DNA of 59,168 nt from a virus (IMGVR_UViG_3300048837_000773:1-59168); one strand, 5' to 3'; counted from the stretch's first letter, positions 8,210 to 18,267 are shown. Notes: generated from the letters alone by a model not told the origin. Numbers and translations are program-made.

Positions 8210-8575
8210 ATGACGGAGCAGATCGTGAACGGAGTCGAGGTCGAGCGGATGCGGGACCTGGCGGAGCAGGTAACGCCGGTGGCGCAGGTGTGCCGGGTGT
8301 TCCACCCGTGCGGCGAGACAGCCGCGGTTGTGACAGAAAGCGGCCGGGTGATTGCGCGAGGCCTGCGCCTGGCGGATGCGCAGTTCTTTGCGGAGGGACC
8401 GCGGGCAGTGATAGAGCTGTGCAACGAAGTGAGCCTGCTGAAGGCGTACGTGGAGTACGTGAGTATCTCGGTTGAGCTCGCGGGCATCATGTTTCAGAAC
8501 GGACTGTACGAAAAGATGTTGCCGATGACGTATGACGTGTGGGTTGCGATGGTGGCGAAGGGGATGGAGCCATGA
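8210..8575 (+). CDS. Hypothetical protein
   Basis: ggagg RBS, operon context. Confidence 0.6.
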   Translation: MTEQIVNGVEVERMRDLAEQVTPVAQVCRVFHPCGETAAVVTESGRVIARGLRLADAQFFAEGPRAVIELCNEVSLLKAYVEYVSISVELAGIMFQNGLYEKMLPMTYDVWVAMVAKGMEP

Positions 8576-9099
8576 GTACTCTGGAAATTCCAGATACTTT
8601 CACTGCTTTGACGATACCGGTGCCGCCTTCCCCTATTTTGGAGAACGCACTCGGCTACCGCCAGCATGCGCGGTGGTTTGCGACCTGGTGGGAACCAGGT
8701 GGAGACGAGGCGATGGTCAGTGATGGCCATATTGCAATGACCGGCAGTTGGGAAGGTTTTTTGACTTTCACAAAGCCGTTCTACAAGCAATTGGAAGTCT
8801 TCGAGCTTGGTAACTCGGACGTACCGGCAAAACACTGGCTAATGATCGACAGGGAAGCGCGCAAGGCATATGCGGCGCCAGCGCGCGAGGCCGGGCGGTT
8901 TTTGCGGGCGCAGTGGCCCAAAACGAATGTCACCCACATTACGGAGGAGCAATGGCGGGAGATCGTGGAAAAACTGCAAGAGCAGCTCCGGATTGTCAAG
9001 CCGCCAACGGCCAGAGAAATGGCGGCAGCCTACCAGGCACACATGGACGCGCAGGCGACGCTGCAGGCATGGCTGAACGTATGGTTCAACCGAAATTAG
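8572..9099 (+). CDS. Hypothetical protein
   Basis: ATGA overlap with the upstream gene. Confidence 0.6.
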   Translation: MSTLEIPDTFTALTIPVPPSPILENALGYRQHARWFATWWEPGGDEAMVSDGHIAMTGSWEGFLTFTKPFYKQLEVFELGNSDVPAKHWLMIDREARKAYAAPAREAGRFLRAQWPKTNVTHITEEQWREIVEKLQEQLRIVKPPTAREMAAAYQAHMDAQATLQAWLNVWFNRN

Positions 9100-9299
9100 G
9101 GAACCCGAGCCGGTGTAGGCGGTATTTTTCTCTTTTGGAGAAATTGGGCGAGGAGATGCGGCAAGATCCTACGATTGAAGAAACGGTGGATGATGCGCTG
9201 GCCAGGCTGCGGGCGCACTTTGAAGTTTGCCCTGACTGCCAGGCCTGGTGGAAGTGGATTTGGGAAGTGACAGAACCGAAAAAGGAGCTGCAAGCGTGA
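9069..9299 (+). CDS. Small hypothetical protein with HxxxCxxC motif
   Basis: C-terminal part of ORF 8913-9299; stop overlaps the parA GTG. Confidence 0.45.
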   Translation: MAERMVQPKLGNPSRCRRYFSLLEKLGEEMRQDPTIEETVDDALARLRAHFEVCPDCQAWWKWIWEVTEPKKELQA

Positions 9300-10099
9300 A
9301 AACAATCGGCATTATGAATCAGAAGGGCGGAGTTGGAAAAACCACAAGCGCGGTCAACCTATCGGCATGGTTCGCGAACCACGGTTTCCGGGTGCTGCTG
9401 GTGGATATGGACGTGCAGGGGCATGCGGGAATTAGTCTGGGGGCCGGGAAAGGGGATGGTACGTACCGGTGGCTGCGTGAGGGCGAGGCGCTGAGGGGTC
9501 TGGTAAGCCATGCCCGGCCAGGCCTGGACGTGCTGCGCAGCAACAAACAGACGGAAAAGATCCGTTCGCACATGATGGAAATGATTGCGCGCGAGCTGTA
9601 CATTGCACGGCGCCTGGCAGAGGACGCGAACGATTACGACCTGGTGGTTTTGGATATGGCGCCGGGCAGCGACGTGGTGCAGATCGGCGGGCTGGCTGCC
9701 TGTGATTATTTCCTGGTCCCCTGCCCTATGGAATTTCTGAACCTGGACGGGGTCGTGGAAGCGATCAATTCGGCGCGCTCCCTGGGGCTGTTTCCATCGA
9801 TCGAGCCGCCGATGCTGGCCGGTGTGCTGCCCACGAAGTTCGAGCGGCGGCCGAATGACGTGCACGAGAACGTGACGCGGCTGAGCGAAGTGGTGCCGGT
9901 CGAGCAGATATTACCGCCGATCCCGAAGGACGTGCGGGCGCCGGAAGCGGCCGCGCGGGGAATGACAATCTGGGAGTATGCGCCATCAACGGCGGCAGCG
10001 ATCGGGTACAAGACCGACCAGACGCGGGGGGTCAACAGCCTGGGCAACCTGGGCGGGTACCAGCACGTGGCGGAAATTCTCAACACGCTGCTGTTTTAG
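9296..10099 (+). CDS. parA: ParA/Soj-family partition ATPase
   Basis: NQKGGVGKTT deviant Walker A, VLLVDMDVQG, YDLVVLDMAP. Confidence 0.9.
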   Translation: MKTIGIMNQKGGVGKTTSAVNLSAWFANHGFRVLLVDMDVQGHAGISLGAGKGDGTYRWLREGEALRGLVSHARPGLDVLRSNKQTEKIRSHMMEMIARELYIARRLAEDANDYDLVVLDMAPGSDVVQIGGLAACDYFLVPCPMEFLNLDGVVEAINSARSLGLFPSIEPPMLAGVLPTKFERRPNDVHENVTRLSEVVPVEQILPPIPKDVRAPEAAARGMTIWEYAPSTAAAIGYKTDQTRGVNSLGNLGGYQHVAEILNTLLF

Positions 10100-10108
10100 G
10101 AGGTAGAG

Positions 10109-10501
10109 ATGGCAATCAAAAAGGATGCACCGGTGCAAGCGCTGGTGGACCCAGCCGTGCAGGCGGCGCTGGGGGAACAAAGCGCTGACCCGGTATACAG
10201 CGGGATCCACCGGCTGCAGGCCGCGCGGGGAATGACGCCGGGGAAAGCCAAGAAGCGGCAGCGCGACCGCGAACGATCGAAAGTTACGTTCGATTGGCCA
10301 CAGTGGCTGATCGAGCGGCTTGAGGAAATGGCGGGCGAGGAAGACAACTCCTTCCCCATCAACCAGCTTACCGCCATTCTCGTGATCGAGGGACTGCGGG
10401 CTGTGGCGGCCGGGCGGCTGGATATCCGGGCGCGGAAGATCCCAACCAGGACGCCAAAATTCGATTGGTTCCTGCGCGTGGATGACGAAACGGATCTATA
10501 A
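10109..10501 (+). CDS. Probable centromere-binding partner of ParA (RHH-like)
   Basis: Small gene right after parA; KVTFDWPQWLIERLEEMA strand-helix pattern. Confidence 0.55.
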   Translation: MAIKKDAPVQALVDPAVQAALGEQSADPVYSGIHRLQAARGMTPGKAKKRQRDRERSKVTFDWPQWLIERLEEMAGEEDNSFPINQLTAILVIEGLRAVAAGRLDIRARKIPTRTPKFDWFLRVDDETDL

Positions 10502-10562
10502 GCTATGCGAAACGATACGCGACGCGGGAAAAACAGCGGAATGGGCGAATGGGCAAAAATCT

Positions 10563-10646
10563 ACGCCAGCGATAACGCCAGCATAAACGCCGGGAATAAC
10601 GCCAGCATAAACGCCAGCATAAACGCCAGCGATAACGCCGGGATAC
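10563..10646 (+). repeat. Seven tandem 12-bp repeats (acgccagc-gata/ataa), candidate parS or iteron array
   Basis: acgccagcgata|acgccagcataa|acgccgggaata|acgccagcataa|acgccagcataa|acgccagcgata|acgccgggatac, intergenic. Confidence 0.8.
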
Positions 10647-10767
10647 AAACGGCCAGGAAGGGCGCACACGAACGTATATAGGGGGCCGGTTCTCGTAAGT
10701 GGTCCATATCAAAAATGCATTCTACGGACTCTACGCGGGTCTTTTACGGGCGACCAGATGAGGCATT

Positions 10768-13700
10768 ATGAGCATTGTTGATGAGGTAAAAGCACGGCTG
10801 GATATCCTTGATGAGGTGTCTGCAAGCGTGAAATTGAAGCGGGCCGGGAAAAATCACACTGGCATGTGCCCGTTTCACGATAACAAGCGCACGCCGTCGT
10901 TTGTGGTTTTTCCGGGCACCGGTACATGGCGGTGTTTTGGGAGCTGCAACACAGGTGGAGACATTATTAGTTTTGTGATGAAACGGGACGGGTGCGACTT
11001 CCAGGAGGCGCTGCGGAAACTGGCGGGTAAGGCGGGTGTGGAGATGCGGCCGATGAGCCCGGAAGAGCAGCGCAAGATCGCAGTGCGGCGCGAACGGGAA
11101 GAGATATTGGCCGTCATTGCAGAGTTCTTCCGCCGGCAAATGGGAGCGCCGGCAATGCTGCCAGTGCGGGCGGAAGATTTCAATGAGGGTTTGAAGTACG
11201 CGGTATACGAGCGCAAATGGGAAACCGAAACGATCCGCAACGCAAACCTGGGGTATTTTGGTCGTGACTGGGATGGCATTCGCCACGCGCTGGTTCTGGC
11301 AGAGATTGACCCGGAGTCGCCGGCGGCTGTGGCGTTTGTGGGATACCGGGGCGACGTGGCTGCCTGGGGGATGAAGTGGGGGGTCAAACCGGCTCCCGGA
11401 TGGGTGGAAGATAAGAAGATCCCGGCGATGCCGCCGAATATGTTGATGTACGTGCACCTGCACAGGGGCCGGTGCGTTTACATCAGCGGGCGCAAGCTGG
11501 AGACAGAGGACGGACACGCGAAGAGCTGGAACCCACCCAGCGAGCTGGTTGGTGAGCGGCAGGCGTACTTCAATCACATCTGGAGCGGGGAGAAAGACCC
11601 AAAGCACCTGGTGATTGTGGAGGGACAGGGAGACGCGGTAACACTGGCGCAATGGGGCATCCTGGCTGTTGCGCTGGCCGGGTCGGGAAATTTGCGGCCA
11701 GAAACCTTAACAAATGGTGAGGAAGAAGTTAGAACCGATAATGTTTTATTATCGGAACTGAAACGAAAGATCAAAAATGAATCATCGCGGGCGAAAGCAT
11801 CTACGCGGATCGTCGTGGCGCTGGACCAGGATGAGCCAGGGAAAAAGCTCCAGGCAAGCGTTATCGAGGCGCTCTGCAGCGCCGGAATCGGGCCAACGCA
11901 GATCGCTATGTTGGAATGGCCGGAAAAAGATGCAAATGCCTGGCTGCAGGCAGGGGGGACGGCCAAGGCCGCGGCCGACGCGCTGGCCAGCGCGGAAAGC
12001 CTGCTGGAGGCGCTTATTTTGAGCGCGGAACCGATTGGCGGGAAAAGCGACGATGAAGCGGTGCAGAAATTGTTCGCGGAGCTGGCGAAGCTGAACCCAT
12101 TCGAGATCGAGAAGGTGCGCGAGGTGGTGTGCGAGCGGTTAAATCTGCGCCGGCGGGTTTTTGACGGTTTGCTGAAAGCGGCGCGCCGGGATGCAGGAAA
12201 AGGCGACGATGGCCAACCGGCATATTTTGTGGAGGGTGGCCGAGTCTTCGCGCGCTCTTTCGACGCACGCGGAGGGGAGACCGTCGAGGCGCTGTGCAAT
12301 TTTTCTGCCTTCATCCAAGGCGACGTGCTGCGGGATAACGGGCAAGACGTGATTCGCGAGTTCCATATTCGCGGGGCGATCGGGAAGCATAACCTGCCTA
12401 CGGCGCGGGTCAAGGCAGAAGATTTTGCAAAGATGGAATGGCCTATCTCGGCCTGGGGGAGCCGGGCGATCATCGAGGCTGGCGCGCGCCGGCGGGATCA
12501 GCTTCGCGCAGCTATCCAACACTTGAGCAAGGAGGTAAAGCGGATGACGATCTATACACATACCGGATGGAGAGAGGTGGAGAACGGCAACGGGGCAAAG
12601 CGCATCTATCTGACGGCCGCGGGCGCCGTGGGTGGGGAAGCGGTGGACGTGGAACTGGACCGGGATTTGGATTTGTACCAGGTGCCGACGGTTGCCCAGA
12701 ACCCGGGCGAAGCTATGGCGCTGAGCCTGTCTTACCTGGATATCGCGCCTGACCGGATTGCGTTCCCGATCTGGGCAGGGATGTACCTGGCGCCACTGCG
12801 GGACCTGGTCAACGTGGCGTTTTCGCTGTGGATCTACGGCGCCAGTGGGACGATGAAGAGCACGTACGCGGCGCTGGGGCTGAATCACTACGGGCCGGGT
12901 TTCGACGATAAGCACCTGCCGGCCAATTTTACGGATACGGCGAACCGGCTGGAGCAAAAAAGCTTTGTGATCAAAGACGCGCCGCTGTTGATCGACGATT
13001 TTGCGCCACAGAAAGATCAGCGGTCCTATACGGAGTATACCCGGACGGCGCACCGGATCGTGCGCGCCGCGGGCAACCTGGCCGGTCGCGGCCGGTTGAC
13101 GGCCGACGCCAGTGCTCGCACAACGTATGACCCGCGCAGCCTGGTGATCATCACCGGCGAGGATTTGCCGGAAAGCGAAAGCCTGGTGGCCCGGCTGTAC
13201 GTGGTGGAGGTAAACCGGGGCGATGTGGATAAGGTCAAGTTGAGCTCCCTGCAGGGCAAGCGCGACCGGCTTTGCCACGCTATGAGCGGGTACCTGACCT
13301 GGGCCAGCGAGAGCTGGCCAGGATGGGTGGAAACAATACCAAAGGCATGGAGGGAGTATCGGCAGCGCGCTTTCGAGGCCGGGTATCACCTGCGGCTGCC
13401 GGAGGCGGTGGCAGGGCTCATGATCGGGTCGGAGATGGGGCTGCGATACGCCAGCGCACTGGGTGTGATTAGTTCTGTGGAGTATGCGCGGTACATGGAC
13501 CGCGCTTGGGCAGCGCTGCAGGATGGGGCATCGGCGATGAGCAACCGGGTGAAGGAAGAAAAACCGGAGGCGCTGTTCCTGCGAACGCTGAGCGATTTGA
13601 TCACGCAGGGGAAGATCACATTCAAGGGCACGAACGGGCTGACCAACCTGGGTGGGGATCCCACTCCATTGGCGGAGATGCTGGGCTGGTACGACCACGA

Positions 13701-13929
13701 TTGGTTGTATCTGCTGCCGGACGCGACCTATAACCGGATCGCAAAACATTTCCGAGAACAGGGCAACGTCTTTCCGGTGCGGGAGGTGACGTTGCGAAAG
13801 ATGCTGGCAGAGGGGGGCATGATCAAGGTGGTGGATGGGCGGCGAACACCGGCCGTGAGCCTGGAAGGGGTGACACGGCGGGTGATGATGCTGAAGCGTT
13901 CGTTTTTGAATGAGGAAGAAGGCAAGTAG
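10768..13929 (+). CDS. Primase-helicase: CHC2 zinc finger + TOPRIM + DUF927-like/AAA+ helicase
   Basis: CPFHDNKRTPSF..CFGSC, VIVEGQGD, ALDQDEPG, KDAN, WIYGASGTMKS, LLIDD. Confidence 0.85.
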   Translation: MSIVDEVKARLDILDEVSASVKLKRAGKNHTGMCPFHDNKRTPSFVVFPGTGTWRCFGSCNTGGDIISFVMKRDGCDFQEALRKLAGKAGVEMRPMSPEEQRKIAVRREREEILAVIAEFFRRQMGAPAMLPVRAEDFNEGLKYAVYERKWETETIRNANLGYFGRDWDGIRHALVLAEIDPESPAAVAFVGYRGDVAAWGMKWGVKPAPGWVEDKKIPAMPPNMLMYVHLHRGRCVYISGRKLETEDGHAKSWNPPSELVGERQAYFNHIWSGEKDPKHLVIVEGQGDAVTLAQWGILAVALAGSGNLRPETLTNGEEEVRTDNVLLSELKRKIKNESSRAKASTRIVVALDQDEPGKKLQASVIEALCSAGIGPTQIAMLEWPEKDANAWLQAGGTAKAAADALASAESLLEALILSAEPIGGKSDDEAVQKLFAELAKLNPFEIEKVREVVCERLNLRRRVFDGLLKAARRDAGKGDDGQPAYFVEGGRVFARSFDARGGETVEALCNFSAFIQGDVLRDNGQDVIREFHIRGAIGKHNLPTARVKAEDFAKMEWPISAWGSRAIIEAGARRRDQLRAAIQHLSKEVKRMTIYTHTGWREVENGNGAKRIYLTAAGAVGGEAVDVELDRDLDLYQVPTVAQNPGEAMALSLSYLDIAPDRIAFPIWAGMYLAPLRDLVNVAFSLWIYGASGTMKSTYAALGLNHYGPGFDDKHLPANFTDTANRLEQKSFVIKDAPLLIDDFAPQKDQRSYTEYTRTAHRIVRAAGNLAGRGRLTADASARTTYDPRSLVIITGEDLPESESLVARLYVVEVNRGDVDKVKLSSLQGKRDRLCHAMSGYLTWASESWPGWVETIPKAWREYRQRAFEAGYHLRLPEAVAGLMIGSEMGLRYASALGVISSVEYARYMDRAWAALQDGASAMSNRVKEEKPEALFLRTLSDLITQGKITFKGTNGLTNLGGDPTPLAEMLGWYDHDWLYLLPDATYNRIAKHFREQGNVFPVREVTLRKMLAEGGMIKVVDGRRTPAVSLEGVTRRVMMLKRSFLNEEEGK
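11735..11755. repeat. dif/Xer-like site 4 (7-bp spacer, inside the primase)
   Basis: (agaa)ccgataa-tgtttta-ttatcgg(aact). Confidence 0.7.
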
Positions 13930-13946
13930 AGAAAGGAAGGGGTGCT

Positions 13947-14804
13947 ATGGGTACGCGGTTTTTTATCGATAGCAGCGAGGAGAAGCTGGACCAGGTGATT
14001 CGCGCTGTGCAGGCGGTTAACGATCTGCAGGGGAAGCGGGTGATCGAGTCGCAGCGGTTGGTATGCCTGGAAGTCGAGCGGGAAGATATTGCCCAGGCGC
14101 TGGAGACCCTGCTGGACTGCAGCGGCGTGCGGCACGTGCGGGCAACACCGGTGACGGCTGGCAAAGCCCAGCCTGAAGCGCAACAGGAAATGGCGGATCA
14201 GGAAGATCCGGCGGATCAGGAAGATCCGGCGGCGGCAGAGGAACCGATCATCATCGAGGAGGAACCGTTGACAAAGACTGTTTTGGACGTTTGTGAGATT
14301 TGTGGAGAGGCGCCGGTTTCGCGGCCAGGGGCAAAGATTTGCACATCGGTGAAGTGCCGGAAGGAACATAAACGGCTGTACATGAAGGAGTATTTCAACC
14401 GGAAGCGGCGTCAGGAAGCAGAACCTGGCTTATCGGACGAGGAACGCGAATTCGAGGCGCTGCTGGAGGCCGAAACGCTGGCCGAGCAGGTGCAGGAGGA
14501 GAAGGATCCGAAAAGTGAAGACCCGGAGGGCGAGGCGTTTGAAGACCTGATCGAAGAAGCGCCAGAGGATGATGAGTACACGCTGGCAGCGAACGGGGAG
14601 CGATTTAGCCGGGACGCGCTGATGATGGTGCTGCAACAGCGCCAGCTCCTTCCGGGTACGCTGCTGCGCAAGGGGAACCGGTTCTACACCGTCAATGGGT
14701 GCTATGAGCTGCGCCGGAAGTCGGTTTCGGTCAAAATTGCCAACGCTTTCCGCGATCGGGATGCTTACCGGAATAACTGGCAAAGCGGTAGTCAGAACCG
14801 ATAA
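13947..14804 (+). CDS. Acidic hypothetical protein with a zinc-finger-like segment
   Basis: CEIC...CTSVKC; E/D-rich. Confidence 0.65.
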   Translation: MGTRFFIDSSEEKLDQVIRAVQAVNDLQGKRVIESQRLVCLEVEREDIAQALETLLDCSGVRHVRATPVTAGKAQPEAQQEMADQEDPADQEDPAAAEEPIIIEEEPLTKTVLDVCEICGEAPVSRPGAKICTSVKCRKEHKRLYMKEYFNRKRRQEAEPGLSDEEREFEALLEAETLAEQVQEEKDPKSEDPEGEAFEDLIEEAPEDDEYTLAANGERFSRDALMMVLQQRQLLPGTLLRKGNRFYTVNGCYELRRKSVSVKIANAFRDRDAYRNNWQSGSQNR

Positions 14805-14817
14805 GCCAGGTTATCGG
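14798..14817. repeat. dif/Xer-like site 5
   Basis: (agaa)ccgataa-gccagg-ttatcgg; overlaps a stop codon and directly precedes ATG 14818. Confidence 0.85.
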
Positions 14818-15069
14818 ATGACCACGGTTTTGAATTGGAGCGTGACAGTGGGATCTACAAACAGTGATTATGTGACGCTTGGTTGGACCTGCCACGTGGG
14901 GCGGGAAGGGACCCGGGGCGGGTACCGCGCGTGGGCAAGAAAGGGTGATGAACGGATTAGCACCCGGTTGTACTTTGGGAAAGGGGCAAAGGGAAGGGCG
15001 CAACGCGAGCTGATGATGGCCATCAACCAGAAAGAAATGATTGGGGAACGTTCCGAACGTTCCGGTTGA
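14818..15069 (+). CDS. Hypothetical protein
   Basis: C-terminal part of ORF 14695-15069. Confidence 0.5.
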   Translation: MTTVLNWSVTVGSTNSDYVTLGWTCHVGREGTRGGYRAWARKGDERISTRLYFGKGAKGRAQRELMMAINQKEMIGERSERSG

Positions 15070-15133
15070 TCGTTCCCATGGATGCTTAAAGGGGAACGGA
15101 GCGATGACCACGGATTTGAATTGGAGGTTGGCT

Positions 15134-16147
15134 ATGGCAGAAACGAGGATCGAATGGGCAGATGCGGTATGGAACCCGGTGGTGGGCTGCTCGCGGGTAA
15201 GTGAGGGGTGTAGGCACTGTTACGCGGAGCGGATGGCCTTCCGACTGGCAAAAATGGGAAAGCTGGGGTACGCGGACGTGGCGGTTACGCGTGGGTGGAC
15301 GGGGAAGGTGAACGTGCTGCGGTCGAAGCTGGAGGAGCCGTTGGGGTGGAAGAAGCCGCGGCGGGTGTTTGTGAACAGCATGAGCGATTTGTTCCATGAG
15401 GCGCTGGTTGCAAAACCGGAATGGAGCGAAGTACTCACGGATATGTGGCAGACGATGGCCGCAACCCCAAAGCATACGTATTTGATCCTGACGAAGCGCC
15501 CACACATTATGGAGCGCGAGGTGAAGCTATTAATCGCCGAGGCGGGGTTCCCTGTGCTGCCGAATGTTTGGCTGGGTACGTCGATCAGCATCCAGCGGGA
15601 TAGGGACCGGTTTCTGCCGTATCTGCTGGAGACACCCGCAGCGAAGCGGTTTGTGAGCTGCGAGCCGCTGCTGGGGCCGGTGCACCTGCTGGGGTCAGTG
15701 AAGACGCAGGATCACTGGTACCCGGCGCCGCTGCGGGGTGGAATGATCGACTGGGTGATCTGCGGGGGGGAGAGCGGGCCGGGGGCGCGGCCGATGCACC
15801 CGGATTGGGCGCGGGGTCTGCGGGACCAGTGCCAGGCGGCGGGGGTTCCGTTCTTCTTCAAGCAGTGGGGGGAATTTCATCCAGCGTTCGAAGGAAAAGA
15901 TTTCGAGGCGACCTGCGCGGTATGCGGGTGCTCGGATAATGATCCGTGTGAAGGTGGGTGTTACTGGATCGGAGACGAGCGCGCGGATGACGATATGAGG
16001 GACCGATGCAGCCAGTGCAAGGGCGTGAAGTGCCACCGGTGGCCGGACGGTTCGTACTCATACAGAGTTAGGAAGAGGGTCGCCGGCCGGCTGTTGGATG
16101 GGCAGGCGTGGGATGAGTATCCGATCACGGGAAGGGAAACGGCGTGA
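15134..16147 (+). CDS. Phage Gp37/Gp68-family (DUF5131) radical-SAM-like protein
   Basis: TRIEWAD..WNPVVGCSRVSEGCRHCYAE, FVNSMSDLFH, LTKRP, SCEPLLGP, WVICGGESG, FFFKQWG. Confidence 0.9.
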   Translation: MAETRIEWADAVWNPVVGCSRVSEGCRHCYAERMAFRLAKMGKLGYADVAVTRGWTGKVNVLRSKLEEPLGWKKPRRVFVNSMSDLFHEALVAKPEWSEVLTDMWQTMAATPKHTYLILTKRPHIMEREVKLLIAEAGFPVLPNVWLGTSISIQRDRDRFLPYLLETPAAKRFVSCEPLLGPVHLLGSVKTQDHWYPAPLRGGMIDWVICGGESGPGARPMHPDWARGLRDQCQAAGVPFFFKQWGEFHPAFEGKDFEATCAVCGCSDNDPCEGGCYWIGDERADDDMRDRCSQCKGVKCHRWPDGSYSYRVRKRVAGRLLDGQAWDEYPITGRETA

Positions 16148-16162
16148 AAACGGGAGGCGGGT

Positions 16163-16327
16163 ATGGATGGGCTGGTAGCAGTGGCGTTGGTGATTTTCGC
16201 GGCGGGGCTGCTGATGGGCTGGAGCATGGCGCGGTCGGGGAAGTCGAGGGCGGGGGCGCGGCGCAGATCCGCGCCGGCAAGGAGGCGGAAGGCAACCAGG
16301 CCGAGGAAGTGGGTGGTGTGGCGTTGA
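16163..16327 (+). CDS. Small TM protein with basic tail (below the ORF-track cutoff)
   Basis: ggagg RBS; MDGLVAVALVIFAAGLLMGW...RRRKATRPRKW. Confidence 0.5.
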   Translation: MDGLVAVALVIFAAGLLMGWSMARSGKSRAGARRRSAPARRRKATRPRKWVVWR

Positions 16328-16338
16328 ATGGAGGATGC

Positions 16339-16611
16339 ATGGAAGAACAAATCCAGAAGTTATCAGAGGAGATGAAAGCGATTGCGGAAGAGCGGGATTG
16401 GTACACACTGGAGTGCGCGCGGCTGCTGGAAGAGGTGGGCCAGTTGAATGCACGCTGGACTACGGAAATGCGGCAGCGGTATATCGAGGGTCTGAACGTG
16501 GCGCTGAGCCAGCTTTGGGGCGGTGGTACGAAGCAGGATGCCATCGATGCGATTACGAAGCTGATCCAGGCGGAACAGTACAAGTGGGTCAAGGAAGGAG
16601 GGGCGAAGTGA
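16339..16611 (+). CDS. Coiled-coil hypothetical protein
   Basis: ggagg RBS; stop overlaps the next GTG. Confidence 0.55.
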   Translation: MEEQIQKLSEEMKAIAEERDWYTLECARLLEEVGQLNARWTTEMRQRYIEGLNVALSQLWGGGTKQDAIDAITKLIQAEQYKWVKEGGAK

Positions 16612-17249
16612 GCGACCAGGAATATTGTGGGAACTGCAATGGAACAGGCTATGTTCGCGAGGGATATGACGGAGTGACACCTTGCTCTTGGTGCAACGTC
16701 TCACCGGAAGATTTACTAAGTGACGCTGTAGAGAAAATTGATAAGTTGCAAGTGGAGCTGGTCCAGGCGAAAGCGAGCCTGTTTAGCGAACGATCTGCTC
16801 ACGAGGAAATCGTGAAACAGTGGGAAGGGATCGTCCAGGAAGACGAGGCGATCATCGAAAGTCTGCGGGATGAAGTTGCGCTGTTTAAAAGCACATTGGC
16901 AGACAACGAGGCCTACGGGATGGCAGTGATGACAGAAAGGGACGCGTTGCGGAGTGCATTGAATCATGCAGTGTATATGCAGGACAAGATCCGCGCGGAG
17001 CGAGATACGGCAGAAGATTTGGCTGAGAAGCTGCGAAAGCACGCGAAGACAGAAGAGGATTTCCACCCACGCGCGGTAAAGCTACTGCGCAAGCGCAAGC
17101 CGTTTTTGGTTGTGGCAAACGATGAGCCGTACTACCGCCAGGTCTACGATTTGATCCGGGACAACGAAATGCTACGTGGAGAATGGACTACATCGGACCA
17201 GTGGCGATATGAAGATGCGATTGCGGCATGGAAGGACGGTCAGAAATGA
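16608..17249 (+). CDS. Hypothetical protein (CxxCxGxG zinc motif + coiled coil)
   Basis: CGNCNGTG..CSWC; coupled start/stop. Confidence 0.6.
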   Translation: MSDQEYCGNCNGTGYVREGYDGVTPCSWCNVSPEDLLSDAVEKIDKLQVELVQAKASLFSERSAHEEIVKQWEGIVQEDEAIIESLRDEVALFKSTLADNEAYGMAVMTERDALRSALNHAVYMQDKIRAERDTAEDLAEKLRKHAKTEEDFHPRAVKLLRKRKPFLVVANDEPYYRQVYDLIRDNEMLRGEWTTSDQWRYEDAIAAWKDGQK

Positions 17250-17569
17250 TGACGCCAGAGGGAGAGAAGAATCACGACCGGTTATTAGATGCAGTGAACG
17301 GCAACTCTGGATATGCGCTGATGGATTGCGCGGAAGAGTTGTCTAACCTGCAGTCGCTGTTGGAACTGACCCGACAGCAGCGGGATGAGGTCCGCGCTGA
17401 AGTGGATCGTTTGAGGGCAGAGCGGGAAAAAATTGCTACAGACATTAATGCAGCCCGAGGCTTTATTGGCCACTTGATTTGCATTGGTTATTTCCGTGGA
17501 ACGCTAAGGTACGCTAACAGAGCTTTAGAAATCGTTGATTGGTTGTCAAAGTGGGATGGTGGGGAATGA
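17246..17569 (+). CDS. Hypothetical protein
   Basis: ATGA overlaps on both sides. Confidence 0.55.
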   Translation: MMTPEGEKNHDRLLDAVNGNSGYALMDCAEELSNLQSLLELTRQQRDEVRAEVDRLRAEREKIATDINAARGFIGHLICIGYFRGTLRYANRALEIVDWLSKWDGGE

Positions 17570-18267
17570 GCAAGAAGGAGGATCTTTCACCTGCCCTATC
17601 CCAATATACCCACCTGGGAGTCTTTCTCATCGTTGATGGGCGTGTGTGTAATCCTGTTGGCTCGACGGAACGCACCGTGACGGCGCGATGGAAGGATGAT
17701 AAGTTTTGGTGGGTTGTTCGCTACGTGGATACAGGTGAGTTGGCGGAGGTGGTGGCGGAAGATCTTAGGGATATTACGAACTGCGAGGGATACAAAAAAC
17801 TGCTGGCAGACGTGCAGAAAGACGAAATGAAGGCGCCGGGCTTCCATGATTACAGGGGAAAACTTGTATGGGTGATAGAGCGGGCGCAGAAATATGCGGA
17901 AGTCACCGGGCTGAAGACGGTGGATATCTTGAACACGTGGGAAAAGCACAGGCGGTACTGGTACATGAATTACTACCAGGAAAGCAACCAGCCTCTGCCA
18001 ACCTCAGAACGAGTGCGGATCCTTAAGACGAGGCAGGAGCTGCTAGACGCAATCGGAGAAGCGGGCTTCCGCTGCCCGGCATGCGGGGGCAGGTCCACCT
18101 CGCCGTACGAGTGCGATTCGGGTAAAGAAATGGAGCCGGGAAAGATCTGTGATTGGAAAGTGTATGGGCTTCTGAAGGACCTGGGAAAGGGAGTGTACGT
18201 CTTTGTGAAAGACCAGTTCTACGGAGAGACAATCTTTATGCCTATTGCATGGGAAGCGGCGGCGTAG
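17566..18267 (+). CDS. Hypothetical phage protein
   Basis: RRYWYMNYYQESNQP and CPACGG..PYEC..CDWK motifs. Confidence 0.6.
   Translation: MSKKEDLSPALSQYTHLGVFLIVDGRVCNPVGSTERTVTARWKDDKFWWVVRYVDTGELAEVVAEDLRDITNCEGYKKLLADVQKDEMKAPGFHDYRGKLVWVIERAQKYAEVTGLKTVDILNTWEKHRRYWYMNYYQESNQPLPTSERVRILKTRQELLDAIGEAGFRCPACGGRSTSPYECDSGKEMEPGKICDWKVYGLLKDLGKGVYVFVKDQFYGETIFMPIAWEAAA

Noticed and set aside
10563-10646. Possible CRISPR array
   Set aside because: 12-bp units are directly tandem with no unique spacers, and no cas genes are present
14192-14227. 18-bp tandem duplication ggcggatcaggaagatcc
   Set aside because: In-frame ADQEDP repeat in a low-complexity acidic linker
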